Notes under the pieces: model-generated | Seen by the model: only the letters and a program-made list of their open reading frames with translations | What the model was told of the DNA's origin: nothing | Database searches by the model: none | Translations under genes and position numbers: made by a program | Assembly: GCA_038153405.1 (NCBI GenBank) | Contig: JAYOYH010000010.1 | Span: forward strand, 31,520 to 95,519 | Direction: 5' to 3' | DNA length: 64,000 bases | From: Gemmatimonadota bacterium | Lineage (GTDB): Bacteria; Latescibacterota; UBA2968; UBA8231 | Part shown: piece by piece, positions 49,007-57,709 of the stretch | Numbering within the stretch: position 1 is the first letter of the stretch | Layout of the letters: every line of letters begins with the position of its first letter

Positions 49007-50437
49007 TCAAGCCAGCGTAGTAAAGGACCAGTCGTCCAACGGCAGCATGGCCGCGCTATCGACCTGTGCGCCTACGCCCAACCCCGGGCACTGTAGCGAG
49101 CCGATGGCAATATGACCGCCCGAAATGGACAGCGCGGCCAACCCGCCGTCCTCGGCATACATATCGCCATGCACGCGCAGGCAGTCGGCGCGCTCGCTTT
49201 CCGACAAATGTGCCAGTCCGCGCACGTAGTGATGCCCGTTGCGCTCGGCGTGACCAATGCCAAGCGCCGCCAGATGCGCCAGATCCTGATGGAGCGGCAC
49301 GACGGGCAGATTCATCAGGTCTTCACCCGTCAGAAAATAGCGCGAAGGATCGCGCGACGCGGCCAGCGCCGCATTGGCTATGGCCTTTACCAATCCCTTG
49401 CACGCTTTTGACGATACACCGCAATAGCCCAGTTCCATAGCCCGCACAAACGTATCCAAATCGCCGTCCGATTCGTCTACGAGCATAGGTTTACGCGCGG
49501 CAGCGGCACCGATGCCGCGCTTGAGCGCAGGGTCCAGGGCCACGCTGCGCTCAAGCGGCTGCTCGATATAGAGAATGCGCGACCAAAATGCCGGCAGCTG
49601 CTCTTCTACATAGTCCAACAGTGCCGAAAAATCGTCCATATCGCCATACTGTTCATTGCCGTCCAGCGTCACGCCGTAGTCGCCCGCACGCGCATCGAGC
49701 AGCGCGGCGATGGCATTTAGGCGGTCGCGATCAGCAGGCAGATCGCCGTTGACTTTGATCTTAAATAGGGCGATCTGCTGCCGTGCAATGTACTCCTCCA
49801 GTGCCTGCGGCAGGCCATCGTCTAGCCCAACAGCGCTATCGCCGCAATAGATCGGATCGGCCAACCCCACTGTATGGCGCACGGCAATCGCTTTTAGCGG
49901 TGCGGCGGCCAGCGCCGCACGCGGCGCAAAGCCGGCCAGTTCCGCGTGTATCGATCCCAGGTCTAATGCAAGCCCGTTGTCGCGCACCAGCTCAAAGTAG
50001 CTCAGGCCCAAGGCGCGACCGCATGCATCGATCAGTGCGCGCTCCATCAACGTGCTTCCGTGCGCCGCGGTCAAGTGATTCAACCCGCGCTCGTCACCAG
50101 CGCTCAGCGTCGCCGCATAGCCCTCGCGCCAGATGGAGAAGAAGTCGCGCGGCGAACGGCTCGCTTCGCTGTATGCGCGGGCGGCAGCGCGCGCGCTAAA
50201 GAGCAAGTCATTTACGTTGTCCTCATATCCTTTTTCAGGATCTTTGTCGAACCACTTGGGAGGTAGAATATCGGCAGCCACCCCGCGCGCGGATCGCCCT
50301 TCCACCGTCCCCTCTACTATGGCGTGTAAAATGGGCACTGATGTGAGCGAAGCCACCCCGTATTTGAAGGGCATGCGCGTGCGCACGTTGCGCATATAGA
50401 AGCGTACCTCATCGACCGTTATGCGCGCTGCGCTCAC
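49007..50437 (-). CDS. Enolase-superfamily protein of unknown function (paralog B)
   Basis: FKIKV, LDGNEQ, IEQP, VDESD, SSKACKG, ERNGHHY; GTG start overlaps the upstream stop. Confidence 0.8.
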   Translation of the reverse strand: MSAARITVDEVRFYMRNVRTRMPFKYGVASLTSVPILHAIVEGTVEGRSARGVAADILPPKWFDKDPEKGYEDNVNDLLFSARAAARAYSEASRSPRDFFSIWREGYAATLSAGDERGLNHLTAAHGSTLMERALIDACGRALGLSYFELVRDNGLALDLGSIHAELAGFAPRAALAAAPLKAIAVRHTVGLADPIYCGDSAVGLDDGLPQALEEYIARQQIALFKIKVNGDLPADRDRLNAIAALLDARAGDYGVTLDGNEQYGDMDDFSALLDYVEEQLPAFWSRILYIEQPLERSVALDPALKRGIGAAAARKPMLVDESDGDLDTFVRAMELGYCGVSSKACKGLVKAIANAALAASRDPSRYFLTGEDLMNLPVVPLHQDLAHLAALGIGHAERNGHHYVRGLAHLSESERADCLRVHGDMYAEDGGLAALSISGGHIAIGSLQCPGLGVGAQVDSAAMLPLDDWSFTTLA

Positions 50438-51897
50438 GTATTGCCCTCCACGAGTTGGTCCATCTGCCAGCTATCCAAAGGGGTCATTGCCTCCATATCA
50501 ACCGCTTCGCCGCCACCCAAGCCCGGACGCTGCAGCGAGCGAATATCGATTTGACCGCTTTCAATGGCCAGCGTGAGCACATCGCCCGTATCCCTATAGA
50601 GCGTTGGGTGCTCGTCGCGACACTGCGCTCTCTCGCGTTCTGAAAGGTGGTCCAATCCACGCACGTAGTGGTGACCATTGCGCTCCACGTGGGCAATGCC
50701 CAGCGCCGCTACGTGCGTCAGGTCTTGGTGCAGTCCGACTACCGGTATATTGGTCAGGTCTTCTGCGCTCATAAAGTAGCGTCCGCTGCCATCGTCGAGA
50801 TGGCGCACTAGGGCCGCATTAGCCAGCGCCTTTATCAACCCCTTGCACGCCTTGGACGACACCCCGCGATAGCCCAATTCAACCGCGCGCTTAAACGCGT
50901 GTATCTCTCCATCTGACTCGTCGATGAGCATCGGCTTGCGCGCTGAGACCTGTTCGATGAGAGGCGCCAGTTCAGGCGCGAGCGCCACGGCTCGATCAAG
51001 GGGTTGTTCGATGTAGAGGAGCGACGCGTACAGGCTGGGAAGCTCGCGTTCGACGCGCTCCAACAGTCCGACGAGAGCATCCATATCGCCGTACTGCTCG
51101 TTGCCGTCCAGCGTCGTCCAATAGCCATCGCCACAGCATTCGTCGAGCAAGGCGGCAATAGAAGCTAAACGCTCGAAGTCGGCGCGTGCATCCCCGCCGA
51201 TCTTGATCTTCAGATAGCGAATTCCCTGCGTTTCGACGTATTCCTCAAGGGACTGGGGCAGGCCGTCGGCCAGCGCATCTTGTGGATCTATATCGCCGCG
51301 ACGAATGGGATCGACAAGCCCCACCGTATGGCGCACCGACAGCGATTGGAGCGGCGCGGCAGCAAGGGCACGTCCCACCGGCATCGCTTCCAACTCCTCG
51401 TGCACGGCGCCCAGCTCAATGCCCAATGCACCGGAGAGCAGCAGCTGGTGGTAACTCAAGCCGCTGCCCGCGCCAATCGCATCAATTAGCGCGCGCTCCT
51501 GAAGCGAGGGGCCGTTGGAAGCAAGTAGGCTATTGAGGCCGCGCTGCGCGCCCCATTCGGCACCCGCCTGACAGCCCTGCTGCCATATGGCAAACGCGCT
51601 GTCGGCGCGCTGACCTAACTGCCGATAGACAGCGGCGGCGGCGCGGGCACAGTCCAACAAATCGCCGACATTCTCCTCGTAGGGTTTGTTCGGATCCTTA
51701 TCAAACCACTTGGGTGCTAGCATATCGGCAGCCCAGCCCACGGCGCGCTGTCCGTTGGCCAGCTCCACTTCCATGCGCACGTGCAGCACGGCTGACGCCC
51801 TCAGCGTCACGGCGCCGAAGCGGAAGGGCATTCGCATCGGCGCATTGCGCACGAAAAATGCCACGTCGCAAACAGTTGCTTTTAATACATCGCTCAT
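50434..51897 (-). CDS. Enolase-superfamily protein of unknown function (paralog A)
   Basis: RMPFRFG, LKIKI, LDGNEQ, IEQP, IDESD, SSKACKG, ERNGHHY; SD GAGGAG. Confidence 0.8.
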   Translation of the reverse strand: MSDVLKATVCDVAFFVRNAPMRMPFRFGAVTLRASAVLHVRMEVELANGQRAVGWAADMLAPKWFDKDPNKPYEENVGDLLDCARAAAAVYRQLGQRADSAFAIWQQGCQAGAEWGAQRGLNSLLASNGPSLQERALIDAIGAGSGLSYHQLLLSGALGIELGAVHEELEAMPVGRALAAAPLQSLSVRHTVGLVDPIRRGDIDPQDALADGLPQSLEEYVETQGIRYLKIKIGGDARADFERLASIAALLDECCGDGYWTTLDGNEQYGDMDALVGLLERVERELPSLYASLLYIEQPLDRAVALAPELAPLIEQVSARKPMLIDESDGEIHAFKRAVELGYRGVSSKACKGLIKALANAALVRHLDDGSGRYFMSAEDLTNIPVVGLHQDLTHVAALGIAHVERNGHHYVRGLDHLSERERAQCRDEHPTLYRDTGDVLTLAIESGQIDIRSLQRPGLGGGEAVDMEAMTPLDSWQMDQLVEGNT

Positions 51898-51919
51898 TGA
51901 GTCACTCCTCGATACGGAC

Positions 51920-51948
51920 AGTCTATATCATGGCGCGCACCGATGCAA
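51920..51948 (-). promoter_or_regulatory. Putative sigma70 promoter of the enolase-pair/M20 operon
   Basis: TTGCAT-17-TAGACT, directly after the argH terminator. Confidence 0.5.
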
Positions 51949-51983
51949 GCAAAAGAAAACCCCGGAGGATTCCGGGGTTTTGC
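51949..51983 (-). terminator. Intrinsic terminator after argH
   Basis: AAAACCCCGGA / TCCGGGGTTTT hairpin followed by CTTTT on the minus strand. Confidence 0.85.
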
Positions 51984-52006
51984 TCCGCATTAACTCGGGC
52001 TTATCG

Positions 52007-53398
52007 CTACGTCCCCAGCAGCGCGCGCGCCTTGGCCAGCTGCACGCGCACGGCATCTGGACCAGTTCCCCCTTCGATATTGCGCAGCGCCAACGAGGCG
52101 CGCACGTCGAGCAGGGCTAGGGCTTCGACACCAAAGTGCGGACTGGCCGCCTGCAGATCTTCTAAAGACAGTTGCGTCAGCGCCTTACCGGCACTCAGCG
52201 CCGAGCGCACGAGCGCGCCGATCACGCGATGGGCCTCGCGAAAGGGCATGCCTTGGCGCACGAGATAATCCGCCAGATCAGTAGCCAGCGCACCGGCATC
52301 GACCATGTGCTCCATGCGGTCCGCATTGAGCGACATGCTCGCCCAAGCGCCACCGAAGACCTCGAGGCACAGCGCCGCTGTATCCAGCGCATCAAAGAGC
52401 GGCTCCTTATCCTCCTGCATATCCTTGGAGTAGGTCAGTGGCGCGCCCTTCATGGTCGTCAATAGCGCCATCAGGTCGCCATAGACGCGCCCCGTCTTGC
52501 CGCGAATCAGCTCCAGCGAATCGGGGTTTTTCTTCTGCGGCATCATGCTCGAACCGGTTGAAAAGGCATCCGATAGCTCGACAAAGGCAAACTCGGCCGA
52601 CGACCAAACGATCAGATCTTCGCAGAACCGGCTCAGATGCATCATGAGAATGGCCAGCGCCGACAGCGTTTCGAGAATAAAATCGCGATCGCTCACCGCA
52701 TCGAGGCTGTTGGGCGTCACGGCGGAAAAGCCCAACTCTCGACGCAAAAACTCGCGGTCTATGGGAAAGGTGCTGCCGGCCAGCGCCCCCGAACCCAATG
52801 GCATATAATCCGCCCGCTTCCACGCATCGGCCAGGCGTCCGCCGTCGCGCTCGAGCATCCAAAACAGCGATAGCGCGTAGTGGGCAAAGAGGATGGGCTG
52901 TGCCTGCTGTAGATGGGTATAGCCCGGCAAAACGGCGTCGAAGTGGCGTTCAGCCGAATCGAGCAACGCGTGCTGCAGAGCGACAATGCGCGCGCGCAGT
53001 GCCTCTATTTCGCTGCGCAGATAGAGGCGCTCGTCTAGGTTGACCTGATCGTTGCGACTGCGCCCGGTGTGTATTTTGCCGCCGCTGGGGCCGACGATTT
53101 CCGTCAGGCGACGCTCGACGGCCATGTGGATATCTTCCAGCGCATCGGGCAGCGGATAGTCGGGCTGGGCAAATTCGCGCCCGACCTGTTCGAGCGCCTC
53201 GACGATTTGTCGGCACTCGTCTTCATCGAGCACGCCGATGCGCTGCAATCCGCGCGCATAGGCCATATTGCCCTCTATATCGGCGCGCAGCAGTCGACGA
53301 TCAAAGCCAATGGACGCATTGAAGCGCTCCATAAGCGCGTCGTTGCCGTCGGCAAAGCGACCGCCCCAAGGCTTGTCGACGTTTTCGCCCCCCATCAA
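52007..53398 (-). CDS. argH: Argininosuccinate lyase
   Basis: WGGRF, HTGRSRNDQV, PGYTHLQ, STGSSMMPQKKNPD. Confidence 0.98.
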   Translation of the reverse strand: MMGGENVDKPWGGRFADGNDALMERFNASIGFDRRLLRADIEGNMAYARGLQRIGVLDEDECRQIVEALEQVGREFAQPDYPLPDALEDIHMAVERRLTEIVGPSGGKIHTGRSRNDQVNLDERLYLRSEIEALRARIVALQHALLDSAERHFDAVLPGYTHLQQAQPILFAHYALSLFWMLERDGGRLADAWKRADYMPLGSGALAGSTFPIDREFLRRELGFSAVTPNSLDAVSDRDFILETLSALAILMMHLSRFCEDLIVWSSAEFAFVELSDAFSTGSSMMPQKKNPDSLELIRGKTGRVYGDLMALLTTMKGAPLTYSKDMQEDKEPLFDALDTAALCLEVFGGAWASMSLNADRMEHMVDAGALATDLADYLVRQGMPFREAHRVIGALVRSALSAGKALTQLSLEDLQAASPHFGVEALALLDVRASLALRNIEGGTGPDAVRVQLAKARALLGT

Positions 53399-54591
53399 TT
53401 GGCCTGGCGCAGGATCTCGTCAAATACGTCGACTACTTCGTCGATGCGGTCCTTTTCCACCACTAGCGGCGGCAGGAAGCGCACGACGTTGGCGCCGGCC
53501 GTAGCCACCAGTATATCGCGCTCGCGAAACGGAACGAGGAAGTCGGCGGCCGGTTTTTCGGTTACGGCGCCGACGATCAGCCCGCGCCCGCGCACGCCCT
53601 TTACCTGATCGGGAAAGCGCTCCTGCAGTTTTTGCAAGCGCCCTGCCAGATACTGACCCTTCTCTTTTACCGTCTCGACAAAGCCTCCGTCGAGCAACTT
53701 ATTAAACACCACAACCGCGGCGGCACAGGCCACGGGATTGGCGCCAAAGGTCGCGGCGTGGTCACCTGCGGCAATGGCGTCGGCAACCTTCTGCCGCATC
53801 AGCGCTACGCCGATGGGCAGCCCGCCGCCCAGCGCCTTGGCCAGCGTCATAATGTCCGGCTCTACGCCGTATTGCTGGTGCGCCCACAGCGAACCGGTGC
53901 GCCCGCAGCCAACCTGGATTTCGTCAAAGACCAGCAACATATCGCGCTCGTCGCACAGCGCCCGCAGCCCCTGCAAAAACTCTGGGGTCGCCACGTGAAT
54001 ACCGCCCTCGGCCTGTATGGGTTCGACGAGAATGGCGCACGTCTCGTCACTGACCAGTTTCTCCACGGAAGCCAAATCGTTGAAATCGGCAAAGTCGATG
54101 CCCGGCAGGAGCGGCTCGAACCCCTTGTGGTACTTTGGCTGACCCGTCGTAGAAATCGAACCGTAGGTGCGACCGTGAAAGGAGTTGTTGAAGGCGATCA
54201 GGCGGTTCTTGGGCTTGGCGTGCGTCGTATTGCCCCATTTGCGACAGAACTTCATCGCCGCTTCCCACGATTCCGTGCCGCTGTTGCAGAAAAATACTCG
54301 GTCGGCAAACGAGTTTTCCACCAGCAGTTTGGCCAACTCTACCGAGGGGATGGTGTGGTATAGGTTGGATACGTGCATCAATTTGCCGACTTGTTCCTCT
54401 ATGGCCTTGGCTACTTCGTAATCGCCATACCCCAGCGCATTGACAGCAAGTCCGCTGACGAAGTCGAGATAGCGATTGCCATCCGTATCGAATAGATAGA
54501 CCCCGTTGCCCCGCTCCAAGACAAATTCCGGACGACCATAGGTCTGTAAAATGTAATTCTTCTCTGCCTTTATAATGTCTTCGGTGCGCAT
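53395..54591 (-). CDS. argD: Acetylornithine aminotransferase
   Basis: CNSGTE, FHGRT, EPIQAEGG, DEIQVGCGRTG, AKALGGG; arg operon context. Confidence 0.93.
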   Translation of the reverse strand: MRTEDIIKAEKNYILQTYGRPEFVLERGNGVYLFDTDGNRYLDFVSGLAVNALGYGDYEVAKAIEEQVGKLMHVSNLYHTIPSVELAKLLVENSFADRVFFCNSGTESWEAAMKFCRKWGNTTHAKPKNRLIAFNNSFHGRTYGSISTTGQPKYHKGFEPLLPGIDFADFNDLASVEKLVSDETCAILVEPIQAEGGIHVATPEFLQGLRALCDERDMLLVFDEIQVGCGRTGSLWAHQQYGVEPDIMTLAKALGGGLPIGVALMRQKVADAIAAGDHAATFGANPVACAAAVVVFNKLLDGGFVETVKEKGQYLAGRLQKLQERFPDQVKGVRGRGLIVGAVTEKPAADFLVPFRERDILVATAGANVVRFLPPLVVEKDRIDEVVDVFDEILRQAN

Positions 54592-54603
54592 AATAGTCTC
54601 CGT

Positions 54604-55485
54604 TTACTGGACGATCTCCGTGCCAATGCCCTCGCGCGTAAATATCTCGAGTAGCATAGAGTGAGGGATGCGCCCGTCGATAACATGCGTCTTGCGCACC
54701 CCAGATTTAACCGCCTTAACACACGCCTCTATCTTCGGTATCATACCTCCGCTGACGATCCCGTCGCCGATCAGGGACTCCACATCGCCGACGCGCACCG
54801 TTGACAGCAGCGTCGTCGGATCTTTTGCATCGCGTAAGATGCCAGTCACATCCGTGAGAAATACGAGCTTTTCGGCGTGCAGCGCCGCGGCGATTTCCCC
54901 GGCTGCCGTATCGGCATTCACATTGTAACTCTGCCCGTCCGGTCCGCGACCGATGGGGGCAATAACGGGTATAATGCCCTCCCGCACCAGATCCAATAGC
55001 GGCGCTGTATCGACGCGCTCGACGTCGCCGACAAAGCCGATATCGACTTCGCCGTCGGCCGTTTTGACCAGGTGTTTGCGCACGTGTAAAATGCCCGCAT
55101 CTTTGGCCGAAATGCCAATCGCACGGCCACCAACGCCCTCGATATCGCGCACCATTTCGGCGTTTATCTCGCCAAAGAGAACGTCTTCAACGACTTTCAT
55201 TGTCTCGCTATCGGTCACGCGCAGACCGTTGACGCGCTGCGTCTCGACGCCCTGCTCTTGCAGGCGCCGATTGATTGCCGGACCCCCTCCGTGCACGATG
55301 ACTGGACAAATGCCCACGCTGGCCATAAAGACGATGTCCTTAAGGACCTCATCTTCTTTGCTCTGGCCGACCATCGTGCTGCCGCCGTATTTGACCACGG
55401 CAATCTTGCCGCGAAAGTTCTGTATATAGGGCAGCGCCTCTATCAGCGTTGCCGCCTTGTCGATATATCCCTGTAGTGCGTTCAC
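54604..55485 (-). CDS. argB: Acetylglutamate kinase
   Basis: EALPYI, VVKYGG, VHGGGP, GLRVTD, NVNAD, GGMIPK. Confidence 0.97.
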   Translation of the reverse strand: MNALQGYIDKAATLIEALPYIQNFRGKIAVVKYGGSTMVGQSKEDEVLKDIVFMASVGICPVIVHGGGPAINRRLQEQGVETQRVNGLRVTDSETMKVVEDVLFGEINAEMVRDIEGVGGRAIGISAKDAGILHVRKHLVKTADGEVDIGFVGDVERVDTAPLLDLVREGIIPVIAPIGRGPDGQSYNVNADTAAGEIAAALHAEKLVFLTDVTGILRDAKDPTTLLSTVRVGDVESLIGDGIVSGGMIPKIEACVKAVKSGVRKTHVIDGRIPHSMLLEIFTREGIGTEIVQ

Positions 55486-55494
55486 GTTCCCTCT

Positions 55495-55956
55495 CTACTC
55501 ACCGCAAATTTCGGATAAATGGGCGAGCACGTTGGCCGCATCGGCTTCCGAACGGGCCGCCACAAAAATCGTATTTTCACCGGCAATGGTCCCGACGACT
55601 TCGTCCCATCCGATGCGGTCGATCGACTCGCAGACGCTCTGGGCGTGCCCGGAAAGAGTCCTGACCACCACCAGATTGGCAGCTTGTTCGGCCTGCAGCA
55701 AATAATCTTGCAGCTCGCGTTCGAGGATATGGCGATCGCGCAGCGTCGCCCCCGAGTCGGGCAGCGTATAGCGAAAGCCGCCGTCGGCCTGGGGCACGCG
55801 CAGCACGCCGAGTTCGCGCAGATCCTTGGAAAGGGTCGACTGGCTGACCTCTATGTTGAGCTCCTGCAGTACGGCCGCCAATTTTTCGTGCGTGTCGATT
55901 GCGCGCTCAAAAAGCAGCTCGCGAATTCGCGCCTGACGCGCCTGTTTGTTGCGCAT
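55495..55956 (-). CDS. argR: Arginine repressor (with variant motifs)
   Basis: RQARIRELL, SQSTLSKDLREL, VVRTLSG.A, VGTIAGENTI; first gene of the arg operon. Confidence 0.9.
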   Translation of the reverse strand: MRNKQARQARIRELLFERAIDTHEKLAAVLQELNIEVSQSTLSKDLRELGVLRVPQADGGFRYTLPDSGATLRDRHILERELQDYLLQAEQAANLVVVRTLSGHAQSVCESIDRIGWDEVVGTIAGENTIFVAARSEADAANVLAHLSEICGE

Positions 55957-55990
55957 AGTAAACCCAATAAATATTACTAATGGAAAATAA

Positions 55991-56019
55991 AAATTAGCGC
56001 TGTGCAGGCCGTGTGTCAA
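55991..56019 (-). promoter_or_regulatory. Sigma70 promoter of argR-argB-argD-argH
   Basis: TTGACA-17-TAATTT followed by an AT-rich leader. Confidence 0.65.
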
Positions 56020-56030
56020 GCAGCACGCAG

Positions 56031-56855
56031 CTACACTTCGTCTTCTTCTTCCACGCCGGCGACGGCCATATCGGCCTGCTGCGGCGCCAGCAGTTCAACC
56101 AGGCGCTGCTTGAGCTCAGCCCGATCTAAACCGCGGACCAGAACGCCGCCGATGGCCAGCGAAATCGTGCTCGTTTCCTCGGAGATAACGACGGTTACCG
56201 CATCGGATTCCTGCGACAGCCCCAGCGCGGCGCGGTGGCGCGTTCCCAACCGCTGATCGTCTACCTCCTCTGCCAGCGGCAGCGTGCAGCGCGCAGCCAC
56301 CAGCGTCTCGGCTTGAATGACGACGGCCTGGTCGTGTAGCGGAGTGCGCGGGTTGAAAATAGTCGTCAGTAGATCATCGGACACTTCGGAGTTGAGGGCC
56401 ACGCCCGTCTCGATAATAGCACCTAGCTGTGCCTGGCGCCCGAGGACGATCAACGCCCCATAGCCCTGCTCTGCCAACTGCACTGCAGCGTTGACCACCT
56501 CGTCGATCACTCGCGAAGGCTCTGCCTTGTAAAACCAGCGCATGATCGGACTTTGCCCCAGCGCCAGCAGCAGTCTGCGCAGCTCTGGCTGGAAGAGAAT
56601 AACCAGCAAAAATAGCAGGATGGAGCGGACCTGTTCGAGCAACCAGGCCAGGGCATTCATCTGCAGCCAAGGAGCGGCCATCGCCAAGGTTACCAATAGC
56701 AGCAGACCGACCAACATTTGCCCAGCGCGCGTGCCCTTTATTAGGCCGAGCAGGCGATAGCATATCAGCGCCACTAGGGCAATATCGACCAGTGATACAA
56801 GGGATACGGGCAAGAAGCCAAACAGGTGAAAGAGCACCAATCGTTCTTCAAACAC
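56031..56855 (-). CDS. cdaA: Diadenylate cyclase CdaA (TIGR00159-type), DGA motif altered to DQA
   Basis: Three N-terminal TM helices, IKGTRA, LFQPELRR, GALIV, TPLHDQAV, GTRHRAALG, SEET. Confidence 0.92.
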   Translation of the reverse strand: MFEERLVLFHLFGFLPVSLVSLVDIALVALICYRLLGLIKGTRAGQMLVGLLLLVTLAMAAPWLQMNALAWLLEQVRSILLFLLVILFQPELRRLLLALGQSPIMRWFYKAEPSRVIDEVVNAAVQLAEQGYGALIVLGRQAQLGAIIETGVALNSEVSDDLLTTIFNPRTPLHDQAVVIQAETLVAARCTLPLAEEVDDQRLGTRHRAALGLSQESDAVTVVISEETSTISLAIGGVLVRGLDRAELKQRLVELLAPQQADMAVAGVEEEDEV

Positions 56856-56860
56856 GCGAA

Positions 56861-57709
56861 TTATCCTCGGACTTCCAACTCGGCCCCTAAGACCGCATCG
56901 GCCATGCGCAGGGCCCGACAGCTAGCCTGCACATCGTGCACGCGCAGGATATGCGCGCCGGCTGCGCGCGCCAGCACCGCCAGCGCCAAACTGCCCTCTA
57001 AGGCGTCTTCGGCCGTGGCGCCCAGCGTTTTCCAAACAAAGGACTTGCGCGAGGCGCCCACGAGCAGCGGACAGTCCAAATCACCAAAGCGTTTTAGGTA
57101 TTTGAGCAGCAACAGATTGCCCGACGGCGACTTGCCAAAACCCAGCCCCGGATCCACGGCGCAGTGGCGCACGCCGCGCTCTTGCGCGTGGGCAACGCGC
57201 TCGACCAGAAAGGCGTGGACTTCGCCCAACACATCGTCGTAGTGCGTATCGATCTGCATAGAGGCCGGCGTCCCTCTGCGGTGCATAAGCACGAGCGGCG
57301 CGCCGGCTTCAGCGGCAACGGAGGCCATATCATCATCGCCCATTGCGCTGATATCATTGATCACGTCAGCCCCCGCTTCCAGCGCGCGACGCGCCACTTC
57401 GGCTTTCACCGTATCGACGGAGATGGGTGCAGCGGTTTGCGCACGCAGTTTCTCGATGACGGGCAGCACCCGACGGCACTCTTCTTCGCATCCCACTTCG
57501 ACGGCCACACCGTACATCGGCGGGCGCGACGACTCGCCACCGACGTCCAGAATATCGGCTCCTTCTTCCAGCATCTGCAGGCCGCGCTCGACGGCCCTCC
57601 CCACGTCGTCGTAGTGATCGTAGAAGGAATCCGGCGTTGCGTTGAGAATGCCCATCACATGTGCGCGCTCACCAAAGTCCAGCACCCCCCCAGCCAGGTT
57701 CCACTTCAT
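56861..57709 (-). CDS. folP: Dihydropteroate synthase
   Basis: MGILNATPDSF, DVGGESSRP, ISVDT, INDIS, DPGLGFGK, SRK, RVHDV. Confidence 0.96.
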   Translation of the reverse strand: MKWNLAGGVLDFGERAHVMGILNATPDSFYDHYDDVGRAVERGLQMLEEGADILDVGGESSRPPMYGVAVEVGCEEECRRVLPVIEKLRAQTAAPISVDTVKAEVARRALEAGADVINDISAMGDDDMASVAAEAGAPLVLMHRRGTPASMQIDTHYDDVLGEVHAFLVERVAHAQERGVRHCAVDPGLGFGKSPSGNLLLLKYLKRFGDLDCPLLVGASRKSFVWKTLGATAEDALEGSLALAVLARAAGAHILRVHDVQASCRALRMADAVLGAELEVRG

